In this document: piece after piece, positions 25,486 to 34,935 of the stretch | How positions within the stretch are numbered: the first letter of the stretch is position 1 | Layout: each line of letters opens with the position of its first letter | DNA from: an uncultured Chthoniobacter sp. | Lineage (GTDB): Bacteria > Verrucomicrobiota > Verrucomicrobiia > Chthoniobacterales > JACTMZ01 | Direction of reading: 5' to 3' | DNA: 61,323 bases | Assembly (NCBI GenBank): GCA_964516705.1 | Contig: CAZEYV010000077.1 | Location: 1 to 61,323 of the forward strand | Notes under the pieces: generated by a model | What the model was told of the DNA's origin: nothing | Databases searched by the model: none | The model's input: only the letters and a program-made list of their open reading frames with translations | Position numbers and translations under genes: made by a program

Positions 25486-26501
25486 AAATATTCCCCGCGT
25501 TGCTGGCCGGCGCGTTGCTGGCCTCCGCCGGTGCCGCGCAGGAGCCGTCCGAACTTTCCGCCGCCGACCGTCTCGAAGCGCTCGACGAGGCGCAATTGCA
25601 GTCGGCCATCGACGCCCTGCGGCAACGCCATCTCGAAGCCTCGACCCTCGACGAGACCGCCGTGCGCCGCGCCACGTTGCGCGGGCTCTTGTCCGCCCTG
25701 GCCCCCGGCGCGGAACTCGCGGGGGAAAGCGAAGCACCTTCGCCCGATTCTCCCTTCCGTTCGGAAGTCCTCGACGAGCGCACCGGCTACCTGCGCTTGG
25801 GCACTCTGGGCACGGAAAATCTCGTCCAGCTCGACGCCGCGCTGGAGAAATTCCGCGCGGACAAAATCCCGGCCCTCATCATCGACCTGCGCGCCACGCC
25901 GCCTTCGCGCGACTTCGAACTGGCCGCACAAGTCGCGGGACGCTTCGCCGCGAAGGACACCGTGCTTTTCACCCTCGGCGATGCGGAGGCCGGCGGAAAA
26001 AATTTCCCCGCGGCGGATTCCGCCGGTTTTCGCGGCGTGCTGGCCGTCGTGGTCGACGGCGACACGTCGGGTGCGCCCGAAGTGCTGGCCGCCGCCCTGC
26101 GTCAGCACGCGCGCGCCATGATCGTGGGCGCGCCGACCGCGGGGCGTGCGGTCGAGTTTGCCGAAGTCGATCTCGGCGACGGACACCGTCTGCGTTTCGC
26201 CGCGGCCGAGGTGCAAGTGCCGGGCGCGCCGGCGGTTTATCCGCGCGGACTCCAACCCGACGTGGCCGTCACGCAAGACCGCGCGACGCGCGACGAGTTG
26301 CTGGCGTCCGCGCTGGAGAAGGGCGCGGCCCCTTATGTCTTCGAAGCCGAGCGCGCGCAAATGAACGAAGCCGCCCTCGTCGCGGGCACCAATCCCGAGA
26401 TCGACGGCGAGGAAAATTCCCCCGCCGGTCTCCTCGATCTCCCGCTGCAGCGCGCCCTCGACCTGGTCACGGCCATCCGCTTGTTCCGTAAGCAGGACTG
26501 A
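25482..26501 (+). CDS. S41-family (C-terminal processing peptidase-like) secreted protein
   Basis: ATGA overlap with the thiD stop. Signal peptide MKIFPALLAGALLASAGAAQ. ALIIDLRATPPS and VVVDGDTSGAPEVLAAALRQHARAMIVGAPTAGR resemble the S41 core. Confidence 0.7.
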   Translation: MKIFPALLAGALLASAGAAQEPSELSAADRLEALDEAQLQSAIDALRQRHLEASTLDETAVRRATLRGLLSALAPGAELAGESEAPSPDSPFRSEVLDERTGYLRLGTLGTENLVQLDAALEKFRADKIPALIIDLRATPPSRDFELAAQVAGRFAAKDTVLFTLGDAEAGGKNFPAADSAGFRGVLAVVVDGDTSGAPEVLAAALRQHARAMIVGAPTAGRAVEFAEVDLGDGHRLRFAAAEVQVPGAPAVYPRGLQPDVAVTQDRATRDELLASALEKGAAPYVFEAERAQMNEAALVAGTNPEIDGEENSPAGLLDLPLQRALDLVTAIRLFRKQD

Positions 26502-26551
26502 GACCAACCATGAAAAGTTTTTGGCTGGAGCGTTTTCTATTCAAGTGTTGA

Positions 26552-26575
26552 CGCTGCGAGTCAGCGGGTTTTTTT
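26552..26575 (+). terminator. Putative intrinsic terminator after the S41 gene
   Basis: cgctg-cgagt-cagcg, then gg and TTTTTTT. The stem is short. A second hairpin with a T-run lies at 26612-26641. Confidence 0.45.
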
Positions 26576-26576
26576 C

Positions 26577-26721
26577 GTGGCATCGGCATCCTGCCGATGG
26601 TGGCTGTTCGTCACGGGCAGGATGCCCGTGCCACTTTTTTTGCGCAACGCTGGATAGTGTGGATTCGTCGGCGGGGACGCCGACGCTACAGTAAATGTAG
26701 CGGCGCCGTCCCCGGCGCCGG
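26577..26721. repeat. REP cluster: a GTGG-headed hairpin doublet plus an A/B GTAGCG doublet
   Basis: gtggCATCGGCAtccTGCCGATG (26577-26600). The complement of 26612-26634 reads gtggCACGGGCAtccTGCCCGTG. cgtcggcggggacgccgacgCTACA-gtaaa-TGTAGcggcgccgtccccggcgccgg is at 26666-26721. Confidence 0.6.
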
Positions 26722-26875
26722 AGCGAAAAGACGGCGACAACTTTTCATCAACCGCTCTATTCGCTTTCCCCGGCCGTCCGCACCCTTTTCGCAGAGGCGC
26801 AGCGGGCCCCGCCAAAAAATCATCACGAAAAGTCCAAGACCTTTTCAGGTTTGCTATAACAACCCGCCCCGTCGT

Positions 26876-28162
26876 TCAGCGTCCGAGCAAGCTGCGCAAA
26901 AGCCCGCCGGCCGCTTCGACCGCGGCCCCGGGAATTTCCGCGGCGGCTTCCACCGCGGTGGTCGCCGGCACCACGGCGACGGCTGCGGCGAGCCGCGCCG
27001 AGAGGTCCTCGACGGGATGCTGCGGCGTGCCGCTGATGTTGACCGTCGTCCAGAAATACCCGCTCTGCTCGGCCCGGAAGATGACCGGCATGAAGGCGAG
27101 GAGCCACGGACGGTTCTCCTGCGCCACGCCGAGTTGCAGTTTGGCTTCGAGCCGGTCGGGCGCGTAGCTCCCCGCACCGTGCAAAGCGATGCCCTTGGGC
27201 GAGACGGCCTGCAACTTTTCGAAGACCACTCCGCCGTCCGCCTCCCGCGTGAAATCGAAACGGAAAACATCCCACGGCACCTCGTTCCAATCCTCCCCGG
27301 CAAACAGGCTGGCCATCTTCACAAACTGCGGAAGCTTGGTCATCTTCCCGCCGGTCACCTTGGCTTGTCCGCGCAGCACACTTTCCCGCAGCGAGGCGTC
27401 CCCGCTGATCCGGCCCGACGCGCGTTCCGCCAGATCCGGCGGCAGCAAACGCGCCAGGTCGATGTCCTGCCAGGATAACTCGCCGGACCACGCGCCGGAT
27501 TCCTCGGCGGCCGAACCCGCCAGCATCCCGCCGTCCGCCTCACGCAAGGCGAATCCCCCGATCTTCCAGGCCTTCCCGTCGTGCGAGGCCGAAATCCGCT
27601 CAATCTCCAGCGCCGCCGCTCCGGGCCCCGCCGCGGTTCCGCCGCGTGCCGAGAAGGCCCACGTTCCGCCCTCGCGCACCGCGCGGGCCGCCGTGTCGCG
27701 CAGCACCCAGCCTTCATGCGAGGCATGGCGCAGGGTGAGGCGTCCGACCAGCAAATCGACCGGCGGCCACGAAACCGCCCGGTCCGCGGTCGGCGCGTTC
27801 GGCGCGGACGATGTTTCCTCACGATCAGCCAGGACCCATTCCGCCGTGCCGATTTCCACGTGCAGCGGTTGGGACAGCGGATCGAAAAGTTGTTTCCATT
27901 CCACGGCCGCGCGCACGTCCGTGGCGCGCAATTGTCCGTCCCGCAGCGGCCCGCCCGACCATGCGGCCTGCCCCGCGCGGAGCACCCCGTTGCGCCAACT
28001 CACCTCGCGCAGCTCGATGTTGCCGCCCGCGGCCGCGGCGAGCGTGTGGGCCAGACGCCGGTCGAGCCACGCGTTGACCAGTGCTTCGCGACCGAGAAAC
28101 AACGCTGCCGCGAAGAGCACGATCAAGACCAAGGCTGCTGCGGCGATGCGCCGGAACGTCAT
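26876..28162 (-). CDS. Membrane-anchored hypothetical protein (possibly AsmA-like)
   Basis: N-terminal TM anchor MTFRRIAAAALVLIVLFAAALFL, then a long soluble region. The family call is tentative. Confidence 0.5.
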   Translation of the reverse strand: MTFRRIAAAALVLIVLFAAALFLGREALVNAWLDRRLAHTLAAAAGGNIELREVSWRNGVLRAGQAAWSGGPLRDGQLRATDVRAAVEWKQLFDPLSQPLHVEIGTAEWVLADREETSSAPNAPTADRAVSWPPVDLLVGRLTLRHASHEGWVLRDTAARAVREGGTWAFSARGGTAAGPGAAALEIERISASHDGKAWKIGGFALREADGGMLAGSAAEESGAWSGELSWQDIDLARLLPPDLAERASGRISGDASLRESVLRGQAKVTGGKMTKLPQFVKMASLFAGEDWNEVPWDVFRFDFTREADGGVVFEKLQAVSPKGIALHGAGSYAPDRLEAKLQLGVAQENRPWLLAFMPVIFRAEQSGYFWTTVNISGTPQHPVEDLSARLAAAVAVVPATTAVEAAAEIPGAAVEAAGGLLRSLLGR

Positions 28163-28281
28163 GGCTGCACTTAACCACCGTCCCCTCCCGGTGGCCAGAG
28201 TCCGTTGGCCGGGCCACCGGGGAATCCTTGTTCGGGGCCGGGGTGGCGATTACCGTCCGGCCAAGCAAAACCCCGACGACC

Positions 28282-28434
28282 ATGTGGCGGCTGTGTAAAA
28301 ATTTCCTCGTGTTCCTGAACGAAGAGAAAAAGTGGTGGCTGATCCCGCTCGTCATCCTTCTTCTTCTCCTCGCGGCCGTCTTCGTGCTGACCGGCAACTC
28401 GGTCCTCGCGCCCTTCATGTATCCGGTCCGGTGA
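28282..28434 (+). CDS. DUF5989-like microprotein (50 aa, single TM)
   Basis: MWRLCKNFLVFLNEEKKWWLIPLVILLLLLAAVFVLTGNSVLAPFMYPVR matches the remembered DUF5989 pattern (KKxWLxP, TM helix, APFIY). It uses the internal ATG of track ORF 28081..28434. Confidence 0.6.
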   Translation: MWRLCKNFLVFLNEEKKWWLIPLVILLLLLAAVFVLTGNSVLAPFMYPVR

Positions 28435-28457
28435 TCTCTGCGGACCGGTCCGCGCGT

Positions 28458-30371
28458 TCAGCGGACGGCGGAAGGATGGCGCAAACCGATGTTCTCGAGT
28501 TCCCGGCGGGCCACGGCCAGATCCGGGCTGAGGCGGAGGGAGCGTTGGAGGTAGTCGGCCGCTTCGGGCATCCGGCCCAGACGGGCCAGGACCGAACCGA
28601 CGAAGTAATGTGGCCAGGCAGCATGCGGCAGGTGCTGGCAAACCAGTTGGCCTTGCTTGACCGCTTCGGTCAGACGTCCGTTCCGCTCGAAGAACTGGGC
28701 ATAGTTCCACCGGACCAACGTGTCGTCGGGATGGGCCGCGAGGGCCGCTTCATACATGGCTTCATCGAGGGCCGGTGATTCGGGCGTCGTCCGCGCATCC
28801 ACGGCGTCCATCCGGTCGCTGATATATTGCCGGTTGCGCGGATGGCTCGATTGCGCGGTGAAGGGCGCGGCGGAAATCCGTCCGAGGGCCACGTCCCAGA
28901 CCCGCTTTTCATCCCAGACGGTCGCGGCCAGACGCCGACGGCAGGCCTCGGATTCCGCTTCGGCCGTCAGGGTGACGCCACCGGAAGTGATCGCCGCCGG
29001 GAGTTGCTCCTCCACCTTTTCGGCCAGGATGCGGGCGAGGAGTTCGTTGCCCTCCATGGTGAAATGAACGTGCTCGTAAAAGAGCTCCTGACCCGGAATG
29101 CCATCGGGTGTCCGGCCGGAGAGCTCTTGCCCGGCGTCGACCCCGTTCACCGAGGCCATGGCCTCGGCGATGATCCGGTTGATCCGCGTGTCGGCCCGGA
29201 CGGGCAGGGCGTCATGATCCGCGGCCTGCTCGAAGGATTTCCGCGCCGCGGTGTTGTCGCCCAAGGCCAGCTGGCAGGTGCCGATACGGAAGTGCAGCTC
29301 GGCGAATTCGGAATCGATGGCGGCGGCCCGGCCGTAAACCTCGAGGGCGGCTTGGAACGAACCGCCGGCTTCGAGGGCCGCGCCCTCCTCGAAGAGACGC
29401 TCCCACTCGGCCAGCTGCGCGGGCTCGAGTCCGTCCGCATGCAGCGAGGCGAAGGGCGCGCAATCCCTCAGGTTGACCGCCACGGTGCTGAGAATGACCG
29501 GGACACCGGCGCTTTTCCCGGTATCAAGAATGTCATAAAGGTTGCCCTCGAAGTTCTTGTAGGTCCGCAGCCGTTGCGGGTCGTCGTGACGCAGCTGGTT
29601 TTGGCTGAACATGTTGATGCCGTCCCACGATTCCGGCGCCGGGGATCCGCCGCGGAGGCCGGCGATGAGTTGGTCGAAGAGTTGCCCCACCCGGGTGGTC
29701 TTGAGGGCCAGGACGGTCCGGACAAAGCCCAGGCCCGGCGCCTTTTCCCCGAACACCGTGCCGGCGCCGTAGGGTCCGATCATTTCGTTGTTCCCCATGT
29801 AGACGATCCACAGATCGCCCTCGTGCTTGGCGCATTCCCGGGCGATGGGAAGGAGCACATGCGAGTTGATCGCGGCGATCGCCACGCAGACCACTTCGAA
29901 ATGGGTGGACGGATACCGCGTCTCGAGCAGGGCCTCCAGGTAGCGGCCCACCCCGAACGAAGGATCCGGGTCGCCGTAGGCGGCGGATTCACCGAGCAGG
30001 AAGATCCGGTAGGTCCCTTCCGGCTTGGGCGCGGCCATCCGGCCGGACAACGGCACGCGGGCCAGCCCCGGCGGGAAGAACCGGTGGGTGAACTTCTCGT
30101 TGGGGACGAGAAATTCCCCGCCCTCGATGGTGAGGGGCAGAAACAAGCGCGTCGAGTGGCCGTAGCCGGCCAGACGCAAGCCGAGTTCCAGCGCGCCCAA
30201 AATGAACAACGGGACCAGCGTGGCGGCGGCCAACCGCATCCACCGGCGGCGGCCGGGGGAGGCCGGCTGCGCCCGACCCGCGGCGGCCTCGCGGGATTTC
30301 TTCGGTTTTTTTTTCACGCGGGAGGAGAGAGGCGGTGACAAGAGTCCAATCCCTGACCCCGCGGGAAGCAA
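28458..30371 (-). CDS. SGNH/GDSL-like domain plus TPR repeat protein
   Basis: N-terminal TM anchor. YRIFLLGESAAYG (GDS-like block) and WIVYMGNNE. C-terminal TPR repeats (ALEVYGRAAAIDSEFAELHFRIGTC...). Confidence 0.7.
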   Translation of the reverse strand: MLPAGSGIGLLSPPLSSRVKKKPKKSREAAAGRAQPASPGRRRWMRLAAATLVPLFILGALELGLRLAGYGHSTRLFLPLTIEGGEFLVPNEKFTHRFFPPGLARVPLSGRMAAPKPEGTYRIFLLGESAAYGDPDPSFGVGRYLEALLETRYPSTHFEVVCVAIAAINSHVLLPIARECAKHEGDLWIVYMGNNEMIGPYGAGTVFGEKAPGLGFVRTVLALKTTRVGQLFDQLIAGLRGGSPAPESWDGINMFSQNQLRHDDPQRLRTYKNFEGNLYDILDTGKSAGVPVILSTVAVNLRDCAPFASLHADGLEPAQLAEWERLFEEGAALEAGGSFQAALEVYGRAAAIDSEFAELHFRIGTCQLALGDNTAARKSFEQAADHDALPVRADTRINRIIAEAMASVNGVDAGQELSGRTPDGIPGQELFYEHVHFTMEGNELLARILAEKVEEQLPAAITSGGVTLTAEAESEACRRRLAATVWDEKRVWDVALGRISAAPFTAQSSHPRNRQYISDRMDAVDARTTPESPALDEAMYEAALAAHPDDTLVRWNYAQFFERNGRLTEAVKQGQLVCQHLPHAAWPHYFVGSVLARLGRMPEAADYLQRSLRLSPDLAVARRELENIGLRHPSAVR

Positions 30372-30432
30372 GCCGTGAAACGCGGCCTTTTCTGCTGTCC
30401 AAGAGAAGCGCCGGGCGTTTTAGTCGGCCCTT

Positions 30433-31749
30433 ATGCAAGTGCGTTTCCTGCGGCCGTTCCTCTGGTGCGGCCTGGCCATGGCGCTGTCCGGTTGCCCCCG
30501 CAAAGAAAAGCCGGCTCTTCCGGAACTGACCGTGCCGGTCACCGCGCCCCTGCAGCAGAAGGTGCCGGTCATCCGCGAATGGGTCGGCATGCTCGAGGGC
30601 CTGGTCAACGCCACCATCGTCGCCCAGGTCAGCGGGTATCTCGTTTCGCAAAATTATGACAATGGTTCCCTGGTCAAGAAGGGCCAGCTCCTCTTCCAGA
30701 TCGACCCGCGCCCGTTCCAGGCGGCCCTCGACCAGGCCAATGGCCAGCTGGCGGAGGCCGAGGCCCGCCTCATCCGCGACGAGGCCAACGCCAAGCGGGC
30801 CGTCGACCTGCTCAAGAAAAATGTCATAAGCCGCGAGCAATACGACGACGAAATCCAGTCTTTCGAGGCGAGCAAGGCGGCCACCGCCGCGGCCCAGGCT
30901 GCCGCCGAGCAGGCCCGCCTCAACCTCGAGTTCACCAGCATCACCTCGCCGATCGACGGACTGGCCGGGATCAACATCGCGCAGGTCGGCAATCTCATCG
31001 GACCTTCGACCGGCACGCTGGCCACCGTGACCATGGTCAACCCGATCAAGGCCAACTTCTACATCAGCGACTACCAATACCTGAACTACATCAAGCCCTA
31101 CTACGGCGACCCCGAGAAACTGATCGAGGCCGAGAAAAAAGGCGGCTTCGGCCTGCAGATCGTGCTGGCCGACGGCACCATCTTCCCGCACCCCGGCCGG
31201 CTCATGGCCATCAACAACGTCGTCGGTCAGGACACTGGTGCGCTCGAGGTCGAGGCCCAGTTTCCCAACCCCGGCAACCTGCTGCGGGCCGGTCAGTTCG
31301 CCCGCGTGCGCGCGGTCACCCAATGGCTCGACAACGCCCTGCTCGTCCCGCAACGCGCGATCAACGACCTGCAGGGAAAATCCCAGATCGCGGTGGTCGG
31401 GGCGGACGGCAAAGTCGACCTGCGCCTGATCCAGACCGGTCCGACTTACGCGTCGATGCAGGTCGTGACCGAAGGACTCAAGCCCGGCGAGCAGGTCGTC
31501 GTCGAGGGCATGCAGAAACTGCGCCAAGGCATGACGGTCAAAACCGCCCCGTGGAAAATGCCGCCCGGTTTCAACGAGGAACCCGGCCTGCCCGCCCCGG
31601 AACTGCCGGCGGCCGGTGGCGACTACATGATCGAACCGCCCGAGGCCGCCTTGGAGGGTGCACCGGCACCCGCAGTCCCCGTGGTCCCCGCGGCGACGCC
31701 CGTGCCCACGCCAACCCCGTTGCCCGAGGCTTCCGCCACGCCGGCCTGA
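30433..31749 (+). CDS. RND efflux periplasmic adaptor (membrane fusion protein), lipoprotein
   Basis: Lipobox LAMALSGC. HlyD/AcrA-like coiled coil and barrel motifs (GQLLFQIDPRPFQAALDQA, TSITSPIDGLAG). Confidence 0.88.
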   Translation: MQVRFLRPFLWCGLAMALSGCPRKEKPALPELTVPVTAPLQQKVPVIREWVGMLEGLVNATIVAQVSGYLVSQNYDNGSLVKKGQLLFQIDPRPFQAALDQANGQLAEAEARLIRDEANAKRAVDLLKKNVISREQYDDEIQSFEASKAATAAAQAAAEQARLNLEFTSITSPIDGLAGINIAQVGNLIGPSTGTLATVTMVNPIKANFYISDYQYLNYIKPYYGDPEKLIEAEKKGGFGLQIVLADGTIFPHPGRLMAINNVVGQDTGALEVEAQFPNPGNLLRAGQFARVRAVTQWLDNALLVPQRAINDLQGKSQIAVVGADGKVDLRLIQTGPTYASMQVVTEGLKPGEQVVVEGMQKLRQGMTVKTAPWKMPPGFNEEPGLPAPELPAAGGDYMIEPPEAALEGAPAPAVPVVPAATPVPTPTPLPEASATPA

Positions 31750-31770
31750 CGCGCGCCGCACCACCCGACC

Positions 31771-34700
31771 ATGTCGCAGTTTTTCATCAACCGTCCGATC
31801 GTGGCGATGGTCATCGCCATCATCACCGTCATCGTCGGCCTGGTCTCCATGGCGCGCCTGCCCGTCGCGCAGTATCCGAACATCGTGCCTCCGCAGATCC
31901 AGGTCAACGCGACCTATGTCGGCGCTGACGCCCTGACCGTCGAGCAATCCGTGGCCACCCCGATCGAGCAGCAGGTCAACGGCGTCGAGGGCATGGAATA
32001 CATGTATTCGGTCAATGCCAACAACGGCAGCATGACCCTCAACGTCTTCTTCGGCGTCGATACCGAACCGACCGACGACCAGATTCTCACGCAGATGCGG
32101 CAGAGCCAGGCCAACTCGCAACTGCCGGCGCCCGTCGTCGAATACGGGACCACGGTGCAGCAAAGCACGTCGGCCCCCCTGCTTCTTTTCTCGCTCTTTT
32201 CGCCGGACGACACCTTCGACGCGCTCTTCCTCGCCAACTACGCCTACATCAACCTCAACAACGAGCTGGCCCGCCTGCCCGGTGTCTCGAACGTGGCCAT
32301 CTTCGGCGCCGGGCAATACGCCATGCGCATCTGGCTCTCGCCCGACCAGCTGGCCAAGCTCGACGTCACCGCGCAGGAAATCATCAACGCGGTCAAGGAG
32401 CAGAACCGGGTCAATCCGGTCGGCAAGGTCGGCGCCAAGCCGATCCCGCCGGGGCAGGAATTCGCCTACACCGTGATCGGTGAGGGGTATCTCACCACGG
32501 TCGAGGAATTCGGCGAGATCGTGGTGCGGGCCAATGCGGACGGCTCCATACTCCGGCTCAAGGACGTGGCGCGCATCGAGCTCGGCTCGCAGAATTACAA
32601 TATCGACGGCCGCTTCCAGGGCAAACCCGCCGCCATCGTCGCGCTTTACCAGACCCCCGGCAGCAACGCGCTCGACGCGGCCCGCGAGGCGCAGCAACTC
32701 ATGGCCAATTTGTCCGAGCGCTTCCCGCCCGGCATGCAATACACCGAGTCGCTCAACACCACGCTCGCCGTCACCGCGGGCATCGAGGAAATCGTCAAGA
32801 CCCTCTTCGAGGCGCTGCTCCTCGTCATCGTCGTCGTCTTCGTCTTCCTGCAGGGGTGGCGCGCCACGCTCATCCCGCTGCTCGCCGTGCCGGTTTCCCT
32901 CATCGGCACCTTCGCCATTTTCCCGCTGCTCGGTTTCTCCATCAACACACTCTCCCTCTTCGGCCTGGTGCTGGCCATCGGTCTGGTCGTCGACGACGCC
33001 ATCGTCGTGGTCGAGGCCGTCGAGCACCACATCGAGCAGGGTCTCAGTCCGCGCGACGCCACGCTCAAGGCCATGCGGGAAGTGTCCGGTCCGGTCGTGG
33101 CCATCGCGCTGGTGCTGTCGTCGGTTTTCATCCCGACCATCTTCATCCCCGGCATCACCGGCAGCCTCTACCAGCAATTCGCCGTGACCATCGCGGTCTC
33201 GGTCTGCCTGTCGGCTTTCAACGCCCTGACCCTCAGCCCGGCCATTGCCGCGCTCATTCTCCGTCCCAAAGGCGAGACGCGCGGTCCGCTCGGCGGTTTC
33301 TACAAGTGGTTCAACAACATGTTCGGCAACGCGACGAACCACTACGTCCGCCTCTGCGGCGCGGCCATCCGCAAGCTGGTCGTGAGCATCGGTTTTCTCG
33401 GACTGCTGACCCTCGCCGCCCTCTTCTTCGGCAGCCGTCTCGCGCCGTCCTTCCTGCCCGAGGAGGACCAGGGGTATTTCTACGCCGCCATCCAGCTGCC
33501 CAACGCATCTTCCATGGAGCGGACCACCGCGGTGGCCGCGCAGGTCGAAAAGATCCTCATGGAAACACCCGGGGTGGAATACGTGACCACCGCGGTCGGT
33601 TTCAACCTGCTCAGCCAGGTCTACACGACCTACAACGCGTTTTTCTTCGTCACCCTCAAACCGTGGGGCGAGCGCACCTCGGCGGAGACGCAATACAACG
33701 CCATCATGCGCCGGGTGAACGGGCAGCTGGCCATGCTGCCGTCCGCCATGGCTTTCGCCTTCTCGCCCCCGGCCATCCCCGGCGTCGGCACCTCCGGCGG
33801 CGTGAACTTCGTCCTGCAGGACCGCTCGGGGGGCACGGTGGAATTCCTCGCCGGGCAGACCCAGACCTTCATGGCCGCCGCGGCCAAGCGCCCCGAGTTG
33901 CAGAACCTCAACACCACGTTCCTGCCGTCCGTCCCGCAGCTCAAACTCTCGGTCGACCGCGACAAAGCGCTCACCGAGGGCGTGAGCATCAACGACGCTT
34001 ACGATTCCCTGCGCGCCTTCCTCGGCGGGACGATGGTCAATTATTTCAACCGCTTCGGACTGCAGTGGCAGGTTTACGTGCAGGCCGAGGGGGATTACCG
34101 CACGGTCATCGACAAAGTCGGGCAGTTCTACGTGCGCAACCGCAACGGCGAGAGCGTGCCCATTTCCGGCATCGTGCAGAGCAAACCGCGCTACGGTCCG
34201 GAATTCACCATGCGTTTCAACATGTATCGGTCCGCGCAGATCAACGCCACCGCCGCCGAGGGCTTCAGTTCCTCGCAGGCCATGGCCGCCATGGAAGAAG
34301 TCTTCGCCCAGACCATGCCGAAGGAAATGGGCTTCAATTACCTCGGCATGTCCTTCCAGGAAAAACAGGCCGCCGAGGGTGTGTCGCCCGCCGTCATCTT
34401 CGCCCTCGCCCTCGTCTTCGTCTTCCTCATCCTCGCCGCGCAATACGAAAGCTGGTCGCTGCCGTTCAGCGTCCTGCTCGGCACGCCCATCGCCGTCTTC
34501 GGTGCTTTCTTCGCCCTGTGGGGGCGCGGCATGGAGAACAACGTTTACGCGCAAATCGGGCTCATCATGCTCATCGGCCTGGCCGCCAAGAACGCCATCC
34601 TCATCGTCGAGTTCTGCAAGGCCGAATACGAGGGCGGCAAAAGCCTCTACGATGCCGCCCTGGCCGGCGCGCGCGTGCGCTTGCGTCCGATCCTCATGAC

Positions 34701-34914
34701 CGCCTTCGCCTTCATCCTCGGCTGCGTCCCGCTGGCCATCGCCACCGGTTCCGGCTCCATCTCGCGCCAGACCATGGGCACCGCGGTGATCGGCGGGATG
34801 ACCGCGGCCACCCTCTTCGCCATCTTCATCATCCCGATGCTTTTCTACGTGGTGGAAAAATGGTCCGGCTCGAAGCCGGGGACGCAGGAAGCCGGGACGG
34901 AAACCCCGCGCTGA
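31771..34914 (+). CDS. RND multidrug efflux permease, AcrB/HAE1 family
   Basis: MSQFFINRPIVAMVIAIITVIVG. 1047 aa with 12-TM RND architecture. Conserved GLVVDDAIVVVE. Confidence 0.95.
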   Translation: MSQFFINRPIVAMVIAIITVIVGLVSMARLPVAQYPNIVPPQIQVNATYVGADALTVEQSVATPIEQQVNGVEGMEYMYSVNANNGSMTLNVFFGVDTEPTDDQILTQMRQSQANSQLPAPVVEYGTTVQQSTSAPLLLFSLFSPDDTFDALFLANYAYINLNNELARLPGVSNVAIFGAGQYAMRIWLSPDQLAKLDVTAQEIINAVKEQNRVNPVGKVGAKPIPPGQEFAYTVIGEGYLTTVEEFGEIVVRANADGSILRLKDVARIELGSQNYNIDGRFQGKPAAIVALYQTPGSNALDAAREAQQLMANLSERFPPGMQYTESLNTTLAVTAGIEEIVKTLFEALLLVIVVVFVFLQGWRATLIPLLAVPVSLIGTFAIFPLLGFSINTLSLFGLVLAIGLVVDDAIVVVEAVEHHIEQGLSPRDATLKAMREVSGPVVAIALVLSSVFIPTIFIPGITGSLYQQFAVTIAVSVCLSAFNALTLSPAIAALILRPKGETRGPLGGFYKWFNNMFGNATNHYVRLCGAAIRKLVVSIGFLGLLTLAALFFGSRLAPSFLPEEDQGYFYAAIQLPNASSMERTTAVAAQVEKILMETPGVEYVTTAVGFNLLSQVYTTYNAFFFVTLKPWGERTSAETQYNAIMRRVNGQLAMLPSAMAFAFSPPAIPGVGTSGGVNFVLQDRSGGTVEFLAGQTQTFMAAAAKRPELQNLNTTFLPSVPQLKLSVDRDKALTEGVSINDAYDSLRAFLGGTMVNYFNRFGLQWQVYVQAEGDYRTVIDKVGQFYVRNRNGESVPISGIVQSKPRYGPEFTMRFNMYRSAQINATAAEGFSSSQAMAAMEEVFAQTMPKEMGFNYLGMSFQEKQAAEGVSPAVIFALALVFVFLILAAQYESWSLPFSVLLGTPIAVFGAFFALWGRGMENNVYAQIGLIMLIGLAAKNAILIVEFCKAEYEGGKSLYDAALAGARVRLRPILMTAFAFILGCVPLAIATGSGSISRQTMGTAVIGGMTAATLFAIFIIPMLFYVVEKWSGSKPGTQEAGTETPR

Positions 34915-34935
34915 CAGACCGCCGCCGCGCAGTCC

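Noticed and set aside
29989-34554. 1521-aa ORF on the minus strand, the longest in the track
   Set aside because: It lies antisense to the unmistakable RND adaptor and AcrB-type permease genes. Its translation is Arg/Gly/Asp/His-rich low-complexity sequence with no recognisable domain. Such shadow ORFs are expected opposite real genes in DNA this GC-rich.
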